Below are positions 25,805-29,679 of a stretch of 29,679 bases of DNA, piece by piece; within the stretch, counting starts at the first letter, position 1; each line of letters begins with the position of its first letter. Below the pieces are notes generated by a model. That model saw only the letters and a program-made list of their open reading frames with translations. It did no database searches and had not been told where the DNA came from. The stretch spans positions 1 through 29,679 of the forward strand of contig JBFFIS010000001.1 of assembly GCA_041556375.1 (NCBI GenBank). Reading direction: 5' to 3'. Source of the DNA: Desulfurivibrionaceae bacterium (GTDB taxonomy: Bacteria > Desulfobacterota > Desulfobulbia > Desulfobulbales > SURF-16). The position numbers were made by a program, and so were the translations under genes.

Positions 25805-25837
25805 AGCCCCCTGCCATGTAGGCAGGGGGCTTTTTTT
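25805..25837 (+). terminator. Rho-independent terminator of cooS
   Basis: AGCCCCCTGCC-atgta-GGCAGGGGGCT followed by a T-run that overlaps the stop codon of the convergent gene. Confidence 0.9.
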
Positions 25838-28766
25838 ATGGTCCTTGGAAGCTGGCAAGAAAGGCGGCGGCCGCGCTGCTGGGCAGGGGTTTGCTGAACA
25901 GATAGCCCTGGCCGATATCGCATCCTAGCTTTTGGAGATAATCGAGCTGCTCTTGGGTTTCTATACCCTCGGCCACCACCTTGAGGTCGAGACGCTGGGC
26001 CATGGCAATAATGGTTTCAACGATCTGACCGCTGCTGGAATCCGTTGTCAGGTCGGCAATAAAGGTCTTGTCGATTTTCAGGGTGGAGACGGGAAAATGC
26101 TTGAGGTAGAAGAGTGAGGAGTAGCCGGTGCCAAAATCATCAATGGCAATGCTGATGCCCATATCGGCTATGGAGTGGAGAATCCTCAAGGAGCGCTCCG
26201 GATCAGACATCAGCAGACTTTCGGTGATCTCGAACTCAAGATTCTCGGCCTTGATGCCGCTGTCGGCCATTACCTTTTTGATATCGGCGATGAGGTTTTC
26301 ATGCTGCAGCTGCTTGATGGAGATGTTGATGGCGATATGCAGTGGCGCTTCCGGCCTGCTGGCAATGAGTTCCATGCCCTTGCGGCAGGAGGTCTGGAGG
26401 ATGTGATGGCCCAGGGGGACAATGAGGCCGGCCTCCTCGCAGATCGGAATGAAGGTGGCCGGGCTGACCAGGCCTCGGCCGGGATTCTCCCAGCGAGCCA
26501 GGGCCTCGACACCGACGACCTCCATGGTGGCCAGGTCGATTTTCGGCTGCAGGTGGACGGTGAAGTCGTCACTGCCCATGGCGGCGCGGATTTCTTCCTC
26601 CAGGGCCAGGCGCTCCAGGGCGGCATCGTTCATGCCGGCCGTGAAGAGTTGGATGGTATTCTTACCCTTGCCCTTGGCCTGGTACATGGCCAGGTCGGCG
26701 TGCTTGATCAGGGTGTCACTGTCCTCACCGTCATCCGGGAAAAAGGCCATGCCCAGGCTGGCGCTGATAAAGAGGTTGCGGCCCTTGATGGTAAAAGCGG
26801 TGGTGAGTTCTTGCTGGATGCGTTTGGCCACCGCCCGCACCCCATCTTTGGCCTCGAGATTGTCGACCAGGACAACGAACTCGTCACCGCCCATCCGGCA
26901 GACCGTATCACCGGGCCGTACCACCTTTATCAGGCGGGAGGCCACTTCCCGAAGGAGCAGATCGCCGTGGTCATGGCCCAGGCTGTCATTGATGGTCTTA
27001 AAATTGTCAAGATCAAGGAAGATAACCGCCAGCTTCTCATTGCTGCGTTCGGCATGGGAAATGGCAACGTCCATCCGGTCAGTAAGGAGAAGACGATTGG
27101 GGAGCTCGGTAAGCGGATCATGGAGGGCCTGATGCTGGATAATCTCCGCCTGGTTTTTGAGTTCGCTGATGTCGTGAAAGATGGCGATAAAGCCGGTGGC
27201 AAGATTGTTCTCATCGCGCATGGTGGACAGTGAAAGCCAGACGGCAAGGATCTCCTTGTCCTGGCGCTGGATCCAGACTTCACCGTCCCACGAACCTTGA
27301 TTCACAAGGGTTTGGCGAATTTTGTCATAGGGCAGGAGGTCATGCTCATCTGTTTCCAGCAGGCGGCTGTCATTGCCGATGGCCTCCTGTTCTGTATAGC
27401 CGGTCAAAGTGGTGAAGGAGGGGTTGACCTTGAGGATCTTGCCGTTTGTGTCAAGGATGATAATACCTTCCAGGGAGTGCTCAAAGACCTCACCCATGAG
27501 TTGCAGCTGTTCGTTGGCGGCAGACAGGTCGGCTGTTCTCTCCTGGACCCGCTCACCAAGCTCAATATGAGAGAGGGCCAACTGCATCTTGCTGACCCTG
27601 AGTTGTTCCAGGTTTTTAAGGAGTTCCGCCTCTTTGCCGGACAAGGTTTCGGCCATGGTGTTGAAGGATTCAGCCAGGGTACCGAGGTGGTCCTTACTCA
27701 GGATCTCCAGGCGATAATCAAAATCACCCCTGGCAATTTTTTTGGTGCCTTTCACCAGTTTCTTGATTCTGCTGGTGAAGATATTGCGCAACAGCACCGC
27801 TATAATCAAGGCGGCGGCAATGCTTACAATGGCCAGGCCGAAAAAATGAAGGCGTTTCTCGATGATCATGGCCCGTAATTTCTGCCTGGACCTGTCAATA
27901 CTGCTTTCCTGATAAGTTCGCAGGTCGGCCAGGGCATAAATCATCTGGTCCCAGGTTGCGGCAAGTGAGTCGAGACTCTCTACGGCCAGGGAGATCTGGG
28001 GGTCAAAGTCGTGGCCGTAATAGGCTGCCGGCAGATTACTGCGTAGGATGGTGAGCAGGGACTCCAAGAGGCGGATTTTTTCCACGGCAATGGCGTCAAC
28101 CTCGGTGGCGGAAAGTCGAAGCATCTGCAGGCTGGACTCTGCCTGGGACAGCATGTGGATGAGGGCGCTGATGTCGAGGGGGTCCTGGTCAAGATAGCTC
28201 TGCAGGTTGTTGTTGAATTGGCGAAGGGCTTCACCGGCCTTATGGAGGGCCTGCAGTCTGTCGCCAGTTTGTTTTTTCTGCCACCTGAGTTCCAGGTTGG
28301 TCAGTTCGTTCCTAAGCTCATGGGCGTGGTCCTGGACCTGCTCAACAAGATTGGCAAGATAGTCCAACGGCTCATTGCCCTGCTCGAGGATACTCAGTGT
28401 CCCTTGGCGCAGGATTTTGGTGTGATTGAGGCAGCGCTCAAGGACGTTTGTTTCTGCAGTCGGCGTTGTCTGCTTACGGATGACCAGGATTTTTCTGTCA
28501 AGATCAACAAGGGGTGTCAGGATTTCTTCATCACTGATTTGCATCCTGTTTTTGTCGAGCAAAAACAGGTAGTAGGCCTGGGTAAGGGCCTTGTCAATCT
28601 CCGTCAACTTTTTGGTGCGCGAGGTCTGGACACCGGTAAGGGTTTCCACAGTCTCTGTTGCTTGGCGTGCTAGTTCCAGGGCCTGCAGGGTCAGTACGAT
28701 TTGCAGGAGGACAAAGACAATGAGGCCCAGGGAGGCGATATAGGTAAATGAAAGTTTGGTCTTCAA
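25836..28766 (-). CDS. Membrane-bound diguanylate cyclase/phosphodiesterase (large periplasmic domain-HAMP-PAS-GGDEF-EAL)
   Basis: HDPLTELPNR, FLDLDNFK.INDSLGH..GD, RPGD (I-site RxxD) then RMGGDEF; VEALAR, EFEITE, IDDFGTGYSS, KIDK, VVAEGIE, QGYLFSKP. The start (TTG) is uncertain. Confidence 0.93.
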   Translation of the reverse strand: MKTKLSFTYIASLGLIVFVLLQIVLTLQALELARQATETVETLTGVQTSRTKKLTEIDKALTQAYYLFLLDKNRMQISDEEILTPLVDLDRKILVIRKQTTPTAETNVLERCLNHTKILRQGTLSILEQGNEPLDYLANLVEQVQDHAHELRNELTNLELRWQKKQTGDRLQALHKAGEALRQFNNNLQSYLDQDPLDISALIHMLSQAESSLQMLRLSATEVDAIAVEKIRLLESLLTILRSNLPAAYYGHDFDPQISLAVESLDSLAATWDQMIYALADLRTYQESSIDRSRQKLRAMIIEKRLHFFGLAIVSIAAALIIAVLLRNIFTSRIKKLVKGTKKIARGDFDYRLEILSKDHLGTLAESFNTMAETLSGKEAELLKNLEQLRVSKMQLALSHIELGERVQERTADLSAANEQLQLMGEVFEHSLEGIIILDTNGKILKVNPSFTTLTGYTEQEAIGNDSRLLETDEHDLLPYDKIRQTLVNQGSWDGEVWIQRQDKEILAVWLSLSTMRDENNLATGFIAIFHDISELKNQAEIIQHQALHDPLTELPNRLLLTDRMDVAISHAERSNEKLAVIFLDLDNFKTINDSLGHDHGDLLLREVASRLIKVVRPGDTVCRMGGDEFVVLVDNLEAKDGVRAVAKRIQQELTTAFTIKGRNLFISASLGMAFFPDDGEDSDTLIKHADLAMYQAKGKGKNTIQLFTAGMNDAALERLALEEEIRAAMGSDDFTVHLQPKIDLATMEVVGVEALARWENPGRGLVSPATFIPICEEAGLIVPLGHHILQTSCRKGMELIASRPEAPLHIAINISIKQLQHENLIADIKKVMADSGIKAENLEFEITESLLMSDPERSLRILHSIADMGISIAIDDFGTGYSSLFYLKHFPVSTLKIDKTFIADLTTDSSSGQIVETIIAMAQRLDLKVVAEGIETQEQLDYLQKLGCDIGQGYLFSKPLPSSAAAAFLASFQGP

Positions 28767-28826
28767 GATCTCAATAATATCAGCGTATTTTGGTGACGTT
28801 TCACGGGCATGAGAGGTGAGGCAGTT

Positions 28827-29678
28827 TCACTGCTTAAAGACGAGGTGGATGACATCGCCAACCTCACCTGCGCCGTAGAGGGGTTGTTGCGCCCCCGGCT
28901 CAGGGGAGCGGCCGGCAATTTCGTTGCGGGAAACGGCAAAGGGGTAGCGGCCATCCAGCTCAAACTGGATATCATCATCATGGCCGGTGTCCAGCTTACG
29001 GGAAAATTCAACGGTCCAGCGCCCTTCCTGCCAACGGCCCTTGGCTCTGATGTCGGCCCGGCTGCCCTCGGGCTGTCTCAGGCTGTACTTGGGGAGGCGT
29101 ACTGTTTGAAAGCCCGCTACCAGGGGAGTGGTGTAGGCGGCGCGGCCGGCGTCACCCTTTCTGGTCAGGTAAAAAAATTGGCCGTTTTGGGAGATCATGG
29201 TCTTCGATCTTTTCGATCTGGTGGCGCTGTATATGTGCATTTTGTCATCGGCAAAACCGGCATGGTCGGTACGCATGGCCTTCCAGAACCAGATATCGGC
29301 CGTATAGGGGATGTTTTCGTGGAGAGTGAGTGTGGTGGGGTAGCTCGCCATGCTCCATTTAAGAACCAAAACATCCTCCCGTTCCGGGCCGTTGTGATAG
29401 GCTTTGAGCTTTTTATCCCAGATCAGGGTGCGGTGCTGGCGATTTTCATCAGGGTCGGCAAAGGAGGCCAGGATGAAGATTTTGTCGCTATTATAGGCGG
29501 CCTTCAGGCTGATATCGATAGCAGCGATGGGATCCTGGACAATGACTGTCGTGGCCTCTGTCCACAGCTCTTCGTTAGCCACGCCATCAATAACAGGTTC
29601 AGTACCGGTCTTAACAGCGACAAGCTCTTGGCTGGCATGGGCCTGGCCGCCGAGGACGGCGCTTATCAACACCACCAT
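28827..29678 (-). CDS. Ethylbenzene-dehydrogenase-related (EB_dh, DOMON-like heme b-binding) secreted protein, probably 5'-partial
   Basis: Signal peptide ending AHA; P.IDG, LKAAY....IF.L..F.DP, ED...LKW, DIWFWKA.RT...G.ADD, A.G.W..GRWTVEF.R.L.TGH.DD..F. Confidence 0.8.
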   Translation of the reverse strand: MVVLISAVLGGQAHASQELVAVKTGTEPVIDGVANEELWTEATTVIVQDPIAAIDISLKAAYNSDKIFILASFADPDENRQHRTLIWDKKLKAYHNGPEREDVLVLKWSMASYPTTLTLHENIPYTADIWFWKAMRTDHAGFADDKMHIYSATRSKRSKTMISQNGQFFYLTRKGDAGRAAYTTPLVAGFQTVRLPKYSLRQPEGSRADIRAKGRWQEGRWTVEFSRKLDTGHDDDIQFELDGRYPFAVSRNEIAGRSPEPGAQQPLYGAGEVGDVIHLVFKQ

Positions 29679-29679
29679 C

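Noticed and set aside
28827-28829. TGA as a selenocysteine codon
   Set aside because: It falls at a plausible natural C-terminus (VIHLVFKQ), there is no convincing SECIS stem-loop, and no Cys-equivalent context.
1-29679. CRISPR arrays, IS elements, prophage, rRNA/tRNA, c-di-GMP riboswitch
   Set aside because: Reading by eye found no regularly spaced repeats, transposase, integrase or phage motifs, nor the diagnostic RNA motifs. A cmscan run would be needed to exclude divergent RNAs.

Overview
A chromosomal window of about 57% GC from an anaerobic Desulfobacterota-like bacterium (Desulfobulbales-type gene content; the taxonomy is inferred). It holds about 27 protein genes and I found no rRNA, tRNA, CRISPR array or mobile element. 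In order: a partial c-type cytochrome divergent from a TetR gene with a palindromic operator; an nfeD/SPFH pair; a PhnD-like binding protein coupled to a hybrid sensor kinase; an MFS transporter; rlmN broken by one extra A in a homopolymer; an HBD-fused RNase HI; rubredoxin; a YqaA-type protein; a stand-alone divergent flgE; VOC and Hsp20 genes; rubrerythrin with a PerR-like box; oligoendopeptidase F; a sigma54-driven secreted protein of unknown function; a lower-GC hybrid kinase whose DUF3365 heme motif is degenerate; a triosephosphate-isomerase homologue lacking its catalytic glutamate directly upstream of an orphan Ni-CODH (cooS); and a GGDEF-EAL gene behind an EB_dh/DOMON-like gene. The best candidate for undescribed biology is the pseudo-TIM/cooS pair. 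Next come the heme-less DUF3365/Cys-PAS kinase with its divergent sigma54 secreted-protein gene, and the orphan flgE. All family calls come from motif recognition by eye; no database searches were run.
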